The position numbers and the translations under genes are program-made. From an uncultured Desulfocicer sp. (GTDB lineage Bacteria > Desulfobacterota > Desulfobacteria > Desulfobacterales > SURF-7), in contig CAYTGW010000002.1 in the NCBI GenBank assembly GCA_964437395.1, positions 1-51,443 of the forward strand: DNA of 51,443 nucleotides. The letters are read 5' to 3'. Below are positions 1 to 11,358 of this stretch, piece by piece. Within the stretch, counting starts at the first letter, position 1, and each line of letters begins with the position of its first letter. The notes beneath the pieces were generated by a model. That model worked only from the letters and a program-made list of their open reading frames with translations, was not told the DNA's origin and did not search any database.

Positions 1-46
1 CACGCTTGCCGGCAAGTTCAAGATCCTCAACAGTCAATTTTTTCAT
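1..46 (-). CDS. pgk: 5' end of phosphoglycerate kinase gene (partial, runs off window)
   Basis: The reverse strand has ATG at 46..44 followed by MKKLTVEDLELAGKR. This resembles the conserved Pgk N-terminus (..DLDLxGKRV..). An AGGAGAGG Shine-Dalgarno lies at 51-58 on the reverse strand. Only 15 codons are visible. Confidence 0.45.
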   Translation of the reverse strand, partial: MKKLTVEDLELAGKR

Positions 47-92
47 GTTACCTCTCCTAATTTAAGCTTATTTTTTAACAATATTTAAATGC

Positions 93-377
93 CTACCGGC
101 CTTCTTTTATCTTGATCTGGATTTTTCGGTTAATGTCTTTTTTTCTGGACCATCTCTCGAAAAACCCGATCAGTCCGGATTCGTATGCTCTGTCCGCTTG
201 CTCTTCTTTTACCTTTAGGCCATCCAATTCGTCCATTGCAGATTGAATACACTTTATTTTTAAAAAACATGGCATACATGATTCTGGACTATGCCGTAAC
301 CCATCTTCACCTTTTGGAAATACAATTGCGAGTTTTCCAAAACATGCTGGAATTTCTTTGTTTGAATTATCTTTCAT
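93..377 (-). CDS. small Cys-rich hypothetical protein (94 aa)
   Basis: Open frame 23 nt downstream of the radC stop on the same strand. Four Cys (C-x21-C-x2-C-x5-C) and a basic C-terminus. No recognisable family and no clear RBS. Confidence 0.45.
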   Translation of the reverse strand: MKDNSNKEIPACFGKLAIVFPKGEDGLRHSPESCMPCFLKIKCIQSAMDELDGLKVKEEQADRAYESGLIGFFERWSRKKDINRKIQIKIKEGR

Positions 378-400
378 TTCAATTGCTTTTTACAGCGAAA

Positions 401-1120
401 CTACAGTTTGCTTTCATACTCATCATTCATGCGGTGAATATGGCCCTGATCTGCAAAGCTGAAATACCGGTTATCACCAATAATGATATGTTCATGCACC
501 GTTATCCCCACTACCTTACACGCAAACAGCAACCTTTTGGTGATATGAACATCGACCTTCGAAGGTTCCGGATCACCGGATGGATGATTGTGAGCAAAAA
601 TAAGTGCAGCAGCCCTTTGTTCAAGGGCAACCCTCACCACTTCACGAGAGTAGACAGCGCTCTCGGTCAATGTGCCTTTGAAAAGAATCTTTGAACCAAT
701 CACCTTGTTTTTGGCATCCAAAAAAATAATAGAAAAGCACTCCTGTGATTTATCTCGTAATGTTTGATACAGATAATTAAAAAGATCTTGTGAGTTTTGA
801 ATCAATTCCTTTCCCAGTAATTTTTTTTCAAAAAATCTATCTGAGATCGCCTTTATCAGTTTGATACCGAACATGTTTTTCGGTCCAATTCCCTCTACGG
901 ATAAAAGCTCATCTCTTGAAGCTTCTAAAACACCTGGCAATGTTTTAAATTTTTCTAATGCTTTTTTGGCTGCGTCCTTGCAGTCTTTTCGGGGTGTGGC
1001 AAGGGTGAGAAGCAATTCTATAATTTCATAATCGTGAAAACCGGACAAACCGGATTCAATAAATTTCTCTCTGAGTCGATTCCGGTGACCATCCCCTTTA
1101 TGCGTTTGGTTTTTTCCCAT
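401..1120 (-). CDS. radC: RadC-family JAB/MPN domain protein (UPF0758)
   Basis: N-terminal HhH-like region (GHRNRLREKF..) and a C-terminal JAMM motif (AHNHPSGDPEPS). Length 239 aa is typical for RadC. Confidence 0.9.
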   Translation of the reverse strand: MGKNQTHKGDGHRNRLREKFIESGLSGFHDYEIIELLLTLATPRKDCKDAAKKALEKFKTLPGVLEASRDELLSVEGIGPKNMFGIKLIKAISDRFFEKKLLGKELIQNSQDLFNYLYQTLRDKSQECFSIIFLDAKNKVIGSKILFKGTLTESAVYSREVVRVALEQRAAALIFAHNHPSGDPEPSKVDVHITKRLLFACKVVGITVHEHIIIGDNRYFSFADQGHIHRMNDEYESKL

Positions 1121-1135
1121 GTTTAGTAAACATAT

Positions 1136-2173
1136 TCAGACTTCATCAAATTCATTTTTCAGACTTCTTGTCATTAAACGATACACTGCATCTGCTGGAG
1201 ATCGATCCTCATACAGAACCCGGTACACTTCATGGGATATCGGCATTTCAACCGCCAGCTTTCTGGATAGATTGTAAACAGATTTTGCTGTCTTAATGCC
1301 TTCGGCTATCATCTGCATTTCAGCTAAAATTTCCTTCAATTGTTTTCCCTGTCCGATCTGTTTTCCCACGAAATGATTGCGGCTTAAATCTCCTGTACAA
1401 GTAAGCATCAAATCTCCAACCCCGGCAAGGCCCGAAAATGTCTCAGCTCTGGCACCAAGCCGCAAACCCAGTCGCCGTATTTCCGTCAATCCTCTGGTAA
1501 TCAAAGCAGCACGGGTATTCAGTCCCAGTCCCAATCCATCCACAATACCAGATGCGATTGCAATCACATTTTTTACGGCTCCACCCAGTTCAACACCAAT
1601 CATATCATCAATGGTATACACACGAAAGGTTGGTGTTGCAAAAACATGCTGAACAAACTCAGCAACCGTCTGATCCTTTGCCGCTACGGTTACAAGAGTT
1701 GGAACACCACAGGCAACTTCCCGTGCAAAGCTGGGACCAGACAGCACGGCAAACTTTTCTTCAGATCGGTCTGAAAAAACCTCTTTTAACACACCGGACA
1801 TCGTCAGGTGTGTCTTGTTTTCAATGCCCTTTGAAGCAGATACAAAAATAGTTTTGTCCGGTACCCGTTCCACCAGTTTTTTCATCGTCTCTCTCATGAG
1901 ATGGGAAGGCACAACAACCAAAAGGAGATCCTTCCCGTATGCAACCGAATCGAAATCATTCGATACGGATATGTTTTTTGAAAGTGTAATATTGGGAAGA
2001 AAAACCTTGTTCTCGCGATGTTCCTGAATCTGATCTTTCACCTGGATCTCATAAACCCAGAGGTCAATAATATATCCTTTTCCAGCCAGATGATTGGCAA
2101 GGGCTGTTCCCCATGACCCTCCACCGACAACACCGATTTTTATATTTTGAAAATCAACATCCATATGATCCAT
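1136..2173 (-). CDS. gpsA: NAD(P)H-dependent glycerol-3-phosphate dehydrogenase
   Basis: Rossmann motif IGVVGGGSWGTALA, SGPSFAREV and GAVKNVIAIA motifs, 345 aa. Its ATG overlaps the gyrA stop (TAATG). Confidence 0.95.
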   Translation of the reverse strand: MDHMDVDFQNIKIGVVGGGSWGTALANHLAGKGYIIDLWVYEIQVKDQIQEHRENKVFLPNITLSKNISVSNDFDSVAYGKDLLLVVVPSHLMRETMKKLVERVPDKTIFVSASKGIENKTHLTMSGVLKEVFSDRSEEKFAVLSGPSFAREVACGVPTLVTVAAKDQTVAEFVQHVFATPTFRVYTIDDMIGVELGGAVKNVIAIASGIVDGLGLGLNTRAALITRGLTEIRRLGLRLGARAETFSGLAGVGDLMLTCTGDLSRNHFVGKQIGQGKQLKEILAEMQMIAEGIKTAKSVYNLSRKLAVEMPISHEVYRVLYEDRSPADAVYRLMTRSLKNEFDEV

Positions 2174-4623
2174 TATTCATCTTCTTCCTTCTCAGCAAGC
2201 CTTGCTGCGCCGGCAACCTTTTCATGAGTTTCCATTCCGATCAACTTTACACCTTGTGTGTTGCGACTGATCACCGAAATCCCTTTTACAGCCATCCGGA
2301 TCAATTTACCGCTATCTGCCATCAGCATAATATCATCATCTTCATCAACCAGAAGAATTGCGACGACCTCTCCATTACGAACACTTGTTTTGATCGTTAT
2401 AACACCTTGACCACCTCTTTTCTGAACCGGATACTCATCAATGGATGTTCGTTTTCCAAATCCGTTTTCTGTTACCGCGAAAAGGGTCTGGCCATGACTC
2501 AACACTTCCATACCAATGAGCCGATCATTCTGGGCCAGCCGAATCCCTCTGACCCCCCTGGCATTCCTTCCGGAAGGCCGGATATCTGATTCCAGAAACC
2601 GAATCGATTTCCCATTGGCCGTACAGAGGAAAACATTCATGGTTCCATCCGTGACCCTGGCTGAAATCAACTCATCTCCTTCAGCAAGGTTCAAGGCAAT
2701 GATTCCACCAGCTCGTGGTCTGCTGTATGACATGAGATCGGTTTTTTTCACCGTACCATTTCTTGTCGCCATCATGATATGATATCCGGGCTCAAATTTG
2801 GATACAGCCAAAACCGTTGTCAGTTTTTCATTTTGATCAAAATCAAGCAGATTGACAATTGCCTTCCCTCTGGTGGAACGACCGGCTTGCGGAATATCAT
2901 AAACCTTACACCAATAGACTTTGCCGTTATTGGTAAAAAACAGGAAATTATGATGTGTCGAAGCAACAAACAAATGCTCGACAAAATCCTCATCTTTTGT
3001 GCTCATTGCGGTTTTTCCTTTGCCACCGCGATTTTGCTGCTGATAAAGAGTAATGGGATTTCTTTTGATATAGCCGCTCTTTGTAATGGTAACAACCATA
3101 TCTTCTTCAGCAATCATATCTGCCAAAGTAATCTCTTTTGTAGACTCTGCAATCTCCGTCCTTCTGGCATCCCCAAAATCATCTTTAATTTGAGAAAGTT
3201 CAGATTTATAAATATCCACTACCAACTGATCGCTGGCAAGTATCTCTTTGTAGCGTTGAATATCCTTAAGCACGGCCTTGTATTCTTCTAAAATTTTCTC
3301 CTGCTCAAGACCGGTTAACCGTTGGAGACGCATCTCCAGTATCGCCTGGGCCTGAATTTCAGAAAGGGCAAACCGTTGCATTAGACCGGTTTTGGCTTCC
3401 TGAGGCGATTTTGATCCCCGGATTAATGCAACCACATCATCCAGATTATCAAGCGCAATCTTCAGGCCTTCCAATATATGTGCTCTTGCTTCTGCTTTAG
3501 CTAGTTCAAACTGGGTTCTTTTTATGATGATTTCCTTGCGATGCAGAATAAAATGCTGGAGGACCTCTTTCAATGAAAGAATCTCGGGACGATTGTTCAC
3601 TACAGCAAGAAAAATAATTCCAAAACTAGTTTCCAACCGCGTATGCTTATAGAGCTTATTGATGATTACTTCTGCAAATTGATCTTTCTTCAGACCGATT
3701 GCGATTCGCATCCCATGACGGTCTGACTCATCCCGTACATATCTTACCCCCTCAATCTGCTTGTCTCGTATCAATAGTGCTATTGTTTCTATAAGCTTGG
3801 CTTTGTTTACCTGGTAAGGCAACTCTGTTATCACGATCGTCTCTGATTCGGTCTGCCGTTCCTTCTCAACCTCCACCTTGGCACGGATACGGATAATTCC
3901 ACGTCCGGTTTTATATGCTTCATGAATGCCCCTGGTGCCATATATGATTCCTGCTGTTGGAAAATCCGGACCAGGGATGTATTCAAGCAACTCCTGCCAT
4001 GTGATATCCGGTCTATCGATAAGAACGGTTATGGCATTGATGACTTCGGTCAGATTATGAGGTGGAATGTTGGTTGCCATACCAACAGCAATTCCAGATG
4101 AGCCATTTACCAAAAGAGCTGGAATCTTGGCTGGAAGAACGGCTGGTTCTGTCAGGGATTCATCATAGTTTGAAATAAAGGGTACTGTTTCCTTGTCCAG
4201 ATCCTCAAGCATTTCATGGGCTAGCCGCATCATTCGAATTTCTGTATATCGCATTGCAGCCGCCGAATCCCCGTCAACAGAACCAAAATTACCCTGTCCA
4301 TCGACAAACGGATATCGAAGAGAAAAGTCCTGTGCCATGCGAACGATGGTATCGTATACTGCTGTATCTCCATGTGGATGATATTTACCGATAACATCAC
4401 CAACAATACGAGCCGACTTTTTATATGGTTTGTTCCAATCGTTTTTCAGTTCCCGCATGGCATAGAGAACCCTTCGGTGAACCGGTTTCAGACCATCGCG
4501 TACATCCGGCAGTGCCCGACCGATAATAACACTCATCGCATATTCGAGATAGGACTTCTTCATCTCGCTTTCAATACTGACTTTTGTTTCCATCTCTATC
4601 ACTGGTATGTCTTGCATATTCAT
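2173..4623 (-). CDS. gyrA: DNA gyrase subunit A
   Basis: [24 protein letters not shown], the active-site region AAMRYTE, and C-terminal beta-pinwheel repeats. 816 aa. Confidence 0.97.
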   Translation of the reverse strand: MNMQDIPVIEMETKVSIESEMKKSYLEYAMSVIIGRALPDVRDGLKPVHRRVLYAMRELKNDWNKPYKKSARIVGDVIGKYHPHGDTAVYDTIVRMAQDFSLRYPFVDGQGNFGSVDGDSAAAMRYTEIRMMRLAHEMLEDLDKETVPFISNYDESLTEPAVLPAKIPALLVNGSSGIAVGMATNIPPHNLTEVINAITVLIDRPDITWQELLEYIPGPDFPTAGIIYGTRGIHEAYKTGRGIIRIRAKVEVEKERQTESETIVITELPYQVNKAKLIETIALLIRDKQIEGVRYVRDESDRHGMRIAIGLKKDQFAEVIINKLYKHTRLETSFGIIFLAVVNNRPEILSLKEVLQHFILHRKEIIIKRTQFELAKAEARAHILEGLKIALDNLDDVVALIRGSKSPQEAKTGLMQRFALSEIQAQAILEMRLQRLTGLEQEKILEEYKAVLKDIQRYKEILASDQLVVDIYKSELSQIKDDFGDARRTEIAESTKEITLADMIAEEDMVVTITKSGYIKRNPITLYQQQNRGGKGKTAMSTKDEDFVEHLFVASTHHNFLFFTNNGKVYWCKVYDIPQAGRSTRGKAIVNLLDFDQNEKLTTVLAVSKFEPGYHIMMATRNGTVKKTDLMSYSRPRAGGIIALNLAEGDELISARVTDGTMNVFLCTANGKSIRFLESDIRPSGRNARGVRGIRLAQNDRLIGMEVLSHGQTLFAVTENGFGKRTSIDEYPVQKRGGQGVITIKTSVRNGEVVAILLVDEDDDIMLMADSGKLIRMAVKGISVISRNTQGVKLIGMETHEKVAGAARLAEKEEDE

Positions 4624-4713
4624 TCTCTTTCAACCATAAAAAAGTAATTTTAAAAATCGATAGGTAACACCCCCGTATTTTACACCGAAGTAAAAACCTC
4701 GAACACTCTTTAT

Positions 4714-5808
4714 CTAACCTGAAAAAACACTACCAACCGGCTCCACCATCTTTTGATAGTTTTCATGATATATATCAACCAGGGTTAAAAAACAGGTGAC
4801 AATCAAAGGCCCATAAATGATCCCTAAGATACCGAATAATTGCATCCCACCAATAATAGCCAGAAAAACCAGCAATGTATGCATTTTTACACGGTTCCCT
4901 ACAATTTTTGGTTTTAAAATGTTCTCCACTCCAAAAGATACTACCAGATAAAAAACAATAAAAAAGCATCCGGCGAACAGACGATCCTGTATAAACATAA
5001 AAACAGCCGCAGGAATAATTACCACACCGATTCCGATAATGGGGAGAAAAGCCAGAAGTGCCATCAAAATACCCCATAAAAAGGGTGCATTTAACCCAAA
5101 AGCTGCAAACACAAACCCACCGATGGTTCCCTGTACAATGCCGGCAAAACCATAACCAATCAGAATTGCTCCAGCCATGTCCTTGAACTTCTGAATCAGC
5201 TTCTCATCCTGATCCTTGGGAAGAGGAGACAGATCGATTATAAAATCAACCAATTTTCCGCTATCCATAAAAAGAAAGAATACAATCATTAACATAAAAA
5301 AGAAATTTATAACAAAACTGAATATGTTTGAAGTGATCAATTTGGCCTGATCAAACAGAAACAGGCCCAATGCCTTTCCCACTTCAGATAGGGAACGGTT
5401 CATATCTTCTATGGATACGTTCATGTTGATATTTGAAAGCATTATGTTGATTTTGTCAATTACATGATAGCTTTCTAAAAATTTTTTAACCTGACCATCC
5501 AAAACAGCCGTTTTACCCATCAGATACAAATCATACGCCTCTTTTGATAAAATGCCTGTGAAAAAAAGTATCGGTACAAACAGAATAAAAAAGATAAGCA
5601 CACAGGTAATCAGCGCTGAAACTGTTTGACGGATCCCAAGTTTTTTATATATACAGAGATACACTGGGTTGAATACTCCCGTGACAACCGCAGCAAGTAC
5701 GATCGTCGATAAAAACGGAAGCATTAACCATCCGATCAAAAAAAAAGAGATCAAGAACAACCCCAAAAAAAACCAAAAAATAAGATCGATCATTGTTCGA
5801 TCCTGCAT
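4714..5808 (-). CDS. AI-2E family transporter (PerM/UPF0118-type permease)
   Basis: Polytopic membrane protein with the family-typical central soluble segment and C-terminal TM bundle. The ORF extends to 5856. ATG 5808 (MQDRTM..) is preferred because GGGGA lies 5 nt upstream; alternative starts are 5829 and 5793. Confidence 0.8.
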   Translation of the reverse strand: MQDRTMIDLIFWFFLGLFLISFFLIGWLMLPFLSTIVLAAVVTGVFNPVYLCIYKKLGIRQTVSALITCVLIFFILFVPILFFTGILSKEAYDLYLMGKTAVLDGQVKKFLESYHVIDKINIMLSNINMNVSIEDMNRSLSEVGKALGLFLFDQAKLITSNIFSFVINFFFMLMIVFFLFMDSGKLVDFIIDLSPLPKDQDEKLIQKFKDMAGAILIGYGFAGIVQGTIGGFVFAAFGLNAPFLWGILMALLAFLPIIGIGVVIIPAAVFMFIQDRLFAGCFFIVFYLVVSFGVENILKPKIVGNRVKMHTLLVFLAIIGGMQLFGILGIIYGPLIVTCFLTLVDIYHENYQKMVEPVGSVFSG

Positions 5809-6108
5809 ATTTTTCCCCGATAAATTCATCTCGATTTTAATAAAAATCAAAAACAATCATATGCTGTGAATTACAAATGGCTTGACGAAGGGCCTGAAAA
5901 CCATTTCAATCTTTACGATCATAGATATCATAACGGGCAGGGTAATGGTTGGCAGGAAACAAGATAATGTACCTGAACAGGCGAATTGTCATTAACCGGC
6001 CACCTTAAGGGTTGTTGTGGATTATGATATTCCACCCTGTTCACCTAGCTCTCTCCTAAAACGCTTCCCAATAAGACCGGTCTGTTTTTAATCGAAAAGA
6101 ATGAGATC

Positions 6109-6264
6109 CTATCTGCTGAGAAATCCACCTGCGATCAAATAAAGAACCAGTTCATATACAACAACCGGTGTATAAACGTGAAAAGCGTGGTAGACAATAC
6201 CTCCGCCGATTATGGCTGGTACCATAAAAAAAACCAAAATTCCAAATTTTCTGGCAATGCTCAT
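6109..6264 (-). CDS. possible 51-aa two-TM small membrane protein
   Basis: ATG..TAG frame read by hand: MSIARKFGILVFFMVPAIIGGGIVYHAFHVYTPVVVYELVLYLIAGGFLSR. It is below the ORF-track length cut-off. No RBS and no homology support. Confidence 0.25.
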   Translation of the reverse strand: MSIARKFGILVFFMVPAIIGGGIVYHAFHVYTPVVVYELVLYLIAGGFLSR

Positions 6265-6550
6265 TTTTTTATTTATCTCTTTTCGTCCTTTTCTTCATGA
6301 TGGCAATCCATTTGACAAATTGTTTTTTCCAAAAAAACTGCATTGGTTTTAGCAATTCGATCTGGTTTAGTAAAGAAAAAAATTCCAAGATTGATTTCTT
6401 TTTTCAGACTGTTTTTATTCGATTTTTTTTCAAAAAACAAAGGATAATTGGTATCAACAATAGGCAATCATCCGATTTCAACGGTAGCATAGCTCATCAT
6501 CATTTTCTGATTCAATGGGAATTACGCTGAATATACTCTTCCGAACTTAT

Positions 6551-6585
6551 AAAAACGGCCTGGTCTGCAACCAGGCCGTTTTTAT
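6551..6585 (-). terminator. rho-independent (bidirectional-looking) terminator after the thiolase gene
   Basis: AACGGCCTGGT (6554-6564) pairs with ACCAGGCCGTT (6570-6580) across a 5-nt loop. An A-run flanks one side and a T-run the other. It lies 28 nt downstream of the thiolase stop. Confidence 0.75.
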
Positions 6586-6612
6586 TTCATCTTTCGAATC
6601 AGAGATGTTGAT

Positions 6613-7902
6613 CTACGCTTGTTCAACAATCATGGCAAGACCCATACCGCCACCAATACACATGGTAATCAAACCGGTCTGATAACCCTTACGTTTCATC
6701 TGATAAATCCCTGACACCATTTGACGCGCTCCAGTAGCACCAATTGGATGCCCCAGAGAAATACCACTGCCAAGTTCATTTGGTTTTTCAACATCTATTT
6801 TGAGCTCACGCATACATCCGATTGCCTGTGCAGCAAAAGCTTCATTCAACTCAATCATCTCCATATCATGAATTGCCATTCCACAAGAATGTAATACTTT
6901 TCGCACAGCAGGAACCGGACCAAGCCCCATGTAAGCAGGATCCAGTCCTCCGGCAGCAAACCCCTTGATCCGAACAATTGGATTCAATCCAAGCTCCCTT
7001 GCTTCTTCCGCACTCATCATTAAAACCGCTGCTGCTGCATCATTTATTCCTGAAGCATTTCCTGCGGTTACACTGCCATCTTTTTTAAATGCAGGCTTCA
7101 ATCTTGCCATCTTTTCAAGGGTGGTTTCCATTGGCCGCTCATCCGTATCAAAAACGGTTTCCCCTTTTTGAGACTTGATGATCACCGGAACGATCTCTTG
7201 GGCAAAAAAACCATTATGGATCGCACTCAAAGCCCGCTGGTGACTCATGACAGAAAGCTCATCCTGTTCCTGCCGGCTGATTCCATAAAGAGCGACGATG
7301 TTTTCAGCCGTTAATCCCATATGATATCCATAAAAAATTTCATATAGTCCATCAAATACCATCAAATCATAAATATCCCCTGTGCCGGTTAATTCCATTC
7401 GATGTCCCCAGCGAGCCTTGGGCAAGGCCATCGGGGCCAAACTCATGTTTTCCTGACCACCTGCAAGCACCACATCTGCTTGACCGGCCATAATTTGGGT
7501 TGCTCCAAGAGCAATCGCCTTTAATCCGGAACCACAGATTTTATTCACTGTAAAAGCTGGGGTCTCCTTTGGTATACCGGCTCGAACCATTGCCTGCCTT
7601 GCTGTATTCTGTCCTTGAGCTGCCTGGAGAACGTTTCCCATAATCACTTCGTCAATCACAACCGGAGCCAAATTGTCATCCCATTGATATGCATTTTTCT
7701 CCAGATCAATCATCCCCTGTTTTTTTAATTTATCCGGTGCCATATTTTTCATCACATCACTCACCACCGGCCTGAGTCCTGTTTTTTTTAAAACATCGAT
7801 CATTACAATTGAACCAAGCTCAACCACAGGTACTGTTTTCAAAGAACCGCCAAATGCAGCAATGGCTGTTCGTGAACCACCGACAATAACCACATCCTTC
7901 AT
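6613..7902 (-). CDS. acetyl-CoA C-acetyltransferase (thiolase II)
   Basis: [21 protein letters not shown] start, active-site [10 protein letters not shown], and the C-terminal [10 protein letters not shown] and CIGGGMG motifs. ATG 7902 is preceded by GGAGGA. The ORF track extends it to 7938. Confidence 0.93.
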   Translation of the reverse strand: MKDVVIVGGSRTAIAAFGGSLKTVPVVELGSIVMIDVLKKTGLRPVVSDVMKNMAPDKLKKQGMIDLEKNAYQWDDNLAPVVIDEVIMGNVLQAAQGQNTARQAMVRAGIPKETPAFTVNKICGSGLKAIALGATQIMAGQADVVLAGGQENMSLAPMALPKARWGHRMELTGTGDIYDLMVFDGLYEIFYGYHMGLTAENIVALYGISRQEQDELSVMSHQRALSAIHNGFFAQEIVPVIIKSQKGETVFDTDERPMETTLEKMARLKPAFKKDGSVTAGNASGINDAAAAVLMMSAEEARELGLNPIVRIKGFAAGGLDPAYMGLGPVPAVRKVLHSCGMAIHDMEMIELNEAFAAQAIGCMRELKIDVEKPNELGSGISLGHPIGATGARQMVSGIYQMKRKGYQTGLITMCIGGGMGLAMIVEQA

Positions 7903-8074
7903 AATCGTATCCTCCTGCCTTGTATTATTGAAAAACATTTAGTATTTTACTGTTGTGATCAAGATACTTCCGGCCGGTTAAACAATATTGGATCTCTTTC
8001 TACCGGATAGATATAAATATTTGAATAAAATTAAAAAATATCACAAAATATAACCCAAGGTCAATAATGAGAGT

Positions 8075-8854
8075 ATGTGCCTTATTCTTTTTTCTTTTAA
8101 CGAGCACCCTGATTATACATTAATCCTGGCCGCAAACCGTGACGAATTTTTTAACCGTCCTGCAAAACCGCTTGAATTCTGGGAGGATGAACCTTCCGTC
8201 CTGGCAGGAAAGGATCTGATTGGAGGCGGTACATGGCTTGGGGTTACACGCTCAATAAGGTTTGCAGCGATCACCAATTTTCGGGATCCGTATGAATTAA
8301 AAAAAGATGCTCCCACCCGAGGGAGTCTTGTGCGTAATTTTCTTTGTAGCCAGATATCTCCCGAGGAGTATATCAAACAAATTCAGAAGATTGGACATAA
8401 TTATAATGGTTTTAATCTCCTGGTGGGCGAAAGGGATAAAATTTGGTATTATTCAAATCATTCTTCCACAATTTTTACTGTTCCAAAAGGTTTTCATGGT
8501 CTAAGCAACCACCTGCTAAACACTCCATGGCCAAAAATTACAACTGGCAAAGCAAAGCTAAGACCTATTTTTTCTCAACCAGAAATAGATATTGAAGCCA
8601 CCTTTGAGGTACTTGGAGACAGCGCCTGTCCACCTCCTGAATATCTTCCGGACACCGGTGTGGGTCCGGAATGGGAACGGATTCTTGCGCCATTGTTTAT
8701 CCACAGTGCTTTTTATGGAACTCGTTGTTCTTCTCTGCTTACCATCAAGCGAACCGGAGAAGTCATGTTTATTGAGCGCACATTCTCATCTGAAAAAAAA
8801 ATGACCCTTCAAAAAGAAACTGCCTTCTGTTACAACCAGTCCGGTTTGATCTAA
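8075..8854 (+). CDS. NRDE-family protein (TANGO2/DUF833-like)
   Basis: N-terminal MC.. followed by LILAANRDEF (the NRDE motif). 259 aa is the typical size. Confidence 0.85.
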   Translation: MCLILFSFNEHPDYTLILAANRDEFFNRPAKPLEFWEDEPSVLAGKDLIGGGTWLGVTRSIRFAAITNFRDPYELKKDAPTRGSLVRNFLCSQISPEEYIKQIQKIGHNYNGFNLLVGERDKIWYYSNHSSTIFTVPKGFHGLSNHLLNTPWPKITTGKAKLRPIFSQPEIDIEATFEVLGDSACPPPEYLPDTGVGPEWERILAPLFIHSAFYGTRCSSLLTIKRTGEVMFIERTFSSEKKMTLQKETAFCYNQSGLI

Positions 8855-8933
8855 ACGGATTAATATATTAGACATCTGAAGCATTCGCCTGAAGCATGAA
8901 CTGGCTTCACGCAAACACACGCTAACTAAGCCC

Positions 8934-8962
8934 TTGCATGTTATTCATTATCATAGTATAGT
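8934..8962 (+). promoter_or_regulatory. candidate sigma70 promoter
   Basis: TTGCAT, a 17-nt spacer, then TATAGT. It lies about 130 nt upstream of the receiver gene at 9095. Confidence 0.35.
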
Positions 8963-9094
8963 AAAAACATTATAAGAGTGAGCATCTTTTCAATATCAGT
9001 CACAACTCACAGACACCTGAAATTTACCAACAGAATATTGCACAGCTTACGACTGAATAGGTTTTGCATCGCATTAACCAACTTAGGATTAAGG

Positions 9095-9481
9095 ATGATT
9101 GAAAAAAAAATCTTGTTTGTCGATGATGAAGAATCCCAGAGAGATATTATGCAGCGTGTATTAACGAAATTTGGTTATTCCGTGACACTCTCCTCTAGCT
9201 CTCAAGAGGCATTGGAAATTCTTAAAAATGAATGTTTCCCTCTTATTATAACCGACTTAAATATGCCTGGCATGGATGGCACAATGTTATGTAAAAAGAT
9301 TCGTGCTAACAATTCCAAATCCATTATTTACGCTTTATCTGGATTTATTGAATCCTATCAAGCGGAAAGACTTGAGGACGTTGGATTTGCCGGATATCTC
9401 AGAAAGCCGGCAACTTCAGCCATGATTAAAAAGGCTGTTGATGGTGCTTTTTATAAACTGAAACAGATCTCCATAACCTGA
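9095..9481 (+). CDS. stand-alone response-regulator receiver protein
   Basis: KILFVDDEE, the phospho-acceptor context IITDLNMPGMDG, and LRKP. ATG 9095 is chosen because homology begins there. The ORF track starts upstream at 8978. Confidence 0.85.
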   Translation: MIEKKILFVDDEESQRDIMQRVLTKFGYSVTLSSSSQEALEILKNECFPLIITDLNMPGMDGTMLCKKIRANNSKSIIYALSGFIESYQAERLEDVGFAGYLRKPATSAMIKKAVDGAFYKLKQISIT

Positions 9482-9577
9482 AATTGCTTTGAAACCGATG
9501 TATATTTTCTGTCGTTTCTCCAGGGTAAAAAAGAAGCAGTTCAAAAGGCAAAAATGATCTTCTCTGTTTTTGGGTGA

Positions 9578-11041
9578 CTATTTCAGTATTTCGCAAAGCA
9601 ACCGTACTCCAAATCCAGTCCCACCTTTCGGACAATATGCTGTTCCTTTTTTGGTAAATGCAGGCCCGGCAATATCGATATGAGCCCATTTTGAAACTTC
9701 TGCAAATTCTGAAAGAAATAAAGCAGCCGTGATTGCCCCGCCCATTCTTGAACTGGCCAGGTTCTTAATATCTGCTAAATCACTTTTGATCAGTTCTTTG
9801 TAGTCTTCCGGTAACGGCAGACGCCAGCACCGCTCAAAAGTTTTTTCACCAGCAGAAATCAGGATATTGGCTAAATCATCGTCTGGGGAGAACACCCCCG
9901 CAATTTTTTCACCAAGAGCCATTACACAAGCACCGGTCAAGGTTGCTAGATCAATCACGGTTTCCGGCTTATATTTTTTTATGGCATATGAAATTGCATC
10001 GATTAAAATCAGTCTTCCTTCTGCATCGGTATTTCCGATTTCAACGGTTTTACCTGCATAACTTGTAACAATATCTCCCGGACGAGTGGCATTTCCGGAC
10101 GGCATATTTTCCACAATCGGAATAACACCAATCACCTTATCTTTTGCTCCAAGCTTTGCAATGGTTATCAAGGTTGCCGCCACTGCTGCCGCTCCAGCCA
10201 TATCCATCTTCATATCTTCAAGTGATCCGGATGGCTTTAGATTGATACCTCCGGAATCAAAGGTAACCCCTTTTCCCACCAGGATGATCGTTTTTTTTGC
10301 ACCAATCGGCGCATGTTCCATAATCACAAGTCGGGCACTACTTTCACTTCCAGCAGCAACTGCGAGCATCGCATTCATCTTCAGCTTTTTCAGTTCACTT
10401 TCCTGAATCACACGTACCTTGAGTTTTTCCTTTCTGGCCAGACCTGCAATCTCACAGGAAAACTGTTCTGGTTTTTTCTCATTCGGAGGGGTTGAAACCC
10501 AGTTTCTTGCCAAAATCGTTCCCTCACAGATTGTTCTGATTCGACCTGGAAGGAATCGATATCTTGTTGCCAGATCAGGAGATGTCCATACGCTAATTTT
10601 TTGTAGTGGATTGTTCTTTTTTTCTTTTTTATAGCGATCAAAAATATGGTTTCCAAGACAGGCCCCCTCAAGCATGGCTTCAAGAATTACTCCGGCCGGA
10701 TGGTTCAAACTATTCTCATCCGGAGCTACAAACAGAATATGTGAAAAGCCTTTTTGAATACACTTCTGGACGCTGCTACCGGCCAAACTTCGGAAACTCT
10801 CCTGGCTGATTTCTGAAAATTTGCCCAATCCCAAAAAAATAATCCGTTTGGGCTGAACCTCAGTTACGTTATAAAGTATTACCTCATCTGACTTACACCC
10901 TTTAAACTCTTTCAGCTCTTTCGCCTCCTGAATCAAGTAGATAAACTCTTTTTTTGAATAAAGCATTTTATCTTCACATACAGGCAGCACAATCGCATCC
11001 GCTTTAATCTTGTTGAGTCCTGTTGAAATTAAATGCAACAC
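9578..11041 (-). CDS. pepA: leucyl aminopeptidase (M17)
   Basis: VGKGVTFDSGG and NTDAEGRL metal-site motifs. 487 aa. GTG start preceded by AAGGAGA. Confidence 0.93.
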   Translation of the reverse strand: MLHLISTGLNKIKADAIVLPVCEDKMLYSKKEFIYLIQEAKELKEFKGCKSDEVILYNVTEVQPKRIIFLGLGKFSEISQESFRSLAGSSVQKCIQKGFSHILFVAPDENSLNHPAGVILEAMLEGACLGNHIFDRYKKEKKNNPLQKISVWTSPDLATRYRFLPGRIRTICEGTILARNWVSTPPNEKKPEQFSCEIAGLARKEKLKVRVIQESELKKLKMNAMLAVAAGSESSARLVIMEHAPIGAKKTIILVGKGVTFDSGGINLKPSGSLEDMKMDMAGAAAVAATLITIAKLGAKDKVIGVIPIVENMPSGNATRPGDIVTSYAGKTVEIGNTDAEGRLILIDAISYAIKKYKPETVIDLATLTGACVMALGEKIAGVFSPDDDLANILISAGEKTFERCWRLPLPEDYKELIKSDLADIKNLASSRMGGAITAALFLSEFAEVSKWAHIDIAGPAFTKKGTAYCPKGGTGFGVRLLCEILK

Positions 11042-11358
11042 AATTTTTCTCCTTTACAGTGTATATCGCAATCGATAATATCCAAGTTTTTCAGGATAAC
11101 CAGTTACCTGTTTTTATGCCGGAATTATACGGCCATCTCCATGTTGTGTCAAATAAACGATTTCATTTATTCCGGATATAAACCCGAATGAAATTCCTTG
11201 TTTTACGATTCCTATCTTGACGGACGGAGTAGACTATCTTACTGTGGAAAAAACAAGTACTTGACGATAATTTCAACTTTTTTTATCCTACGTATACGAA
11301 TCAAAATTAAACCATAGTGACCTGGAAAGGAGGCTTCGGCTGCTGCCGATCAACCGTT

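Noticed and set aside
185-694. 169-aa plus-strand ORF, plus similar long antisense ORFs such as 2779-3291, 2113-2589 and 47625-48059
   Set aside because: Each lies opposite a strongly supported gene (radC and the small ORF, gyrA, flhA). None has start signals or recognisable motifs.
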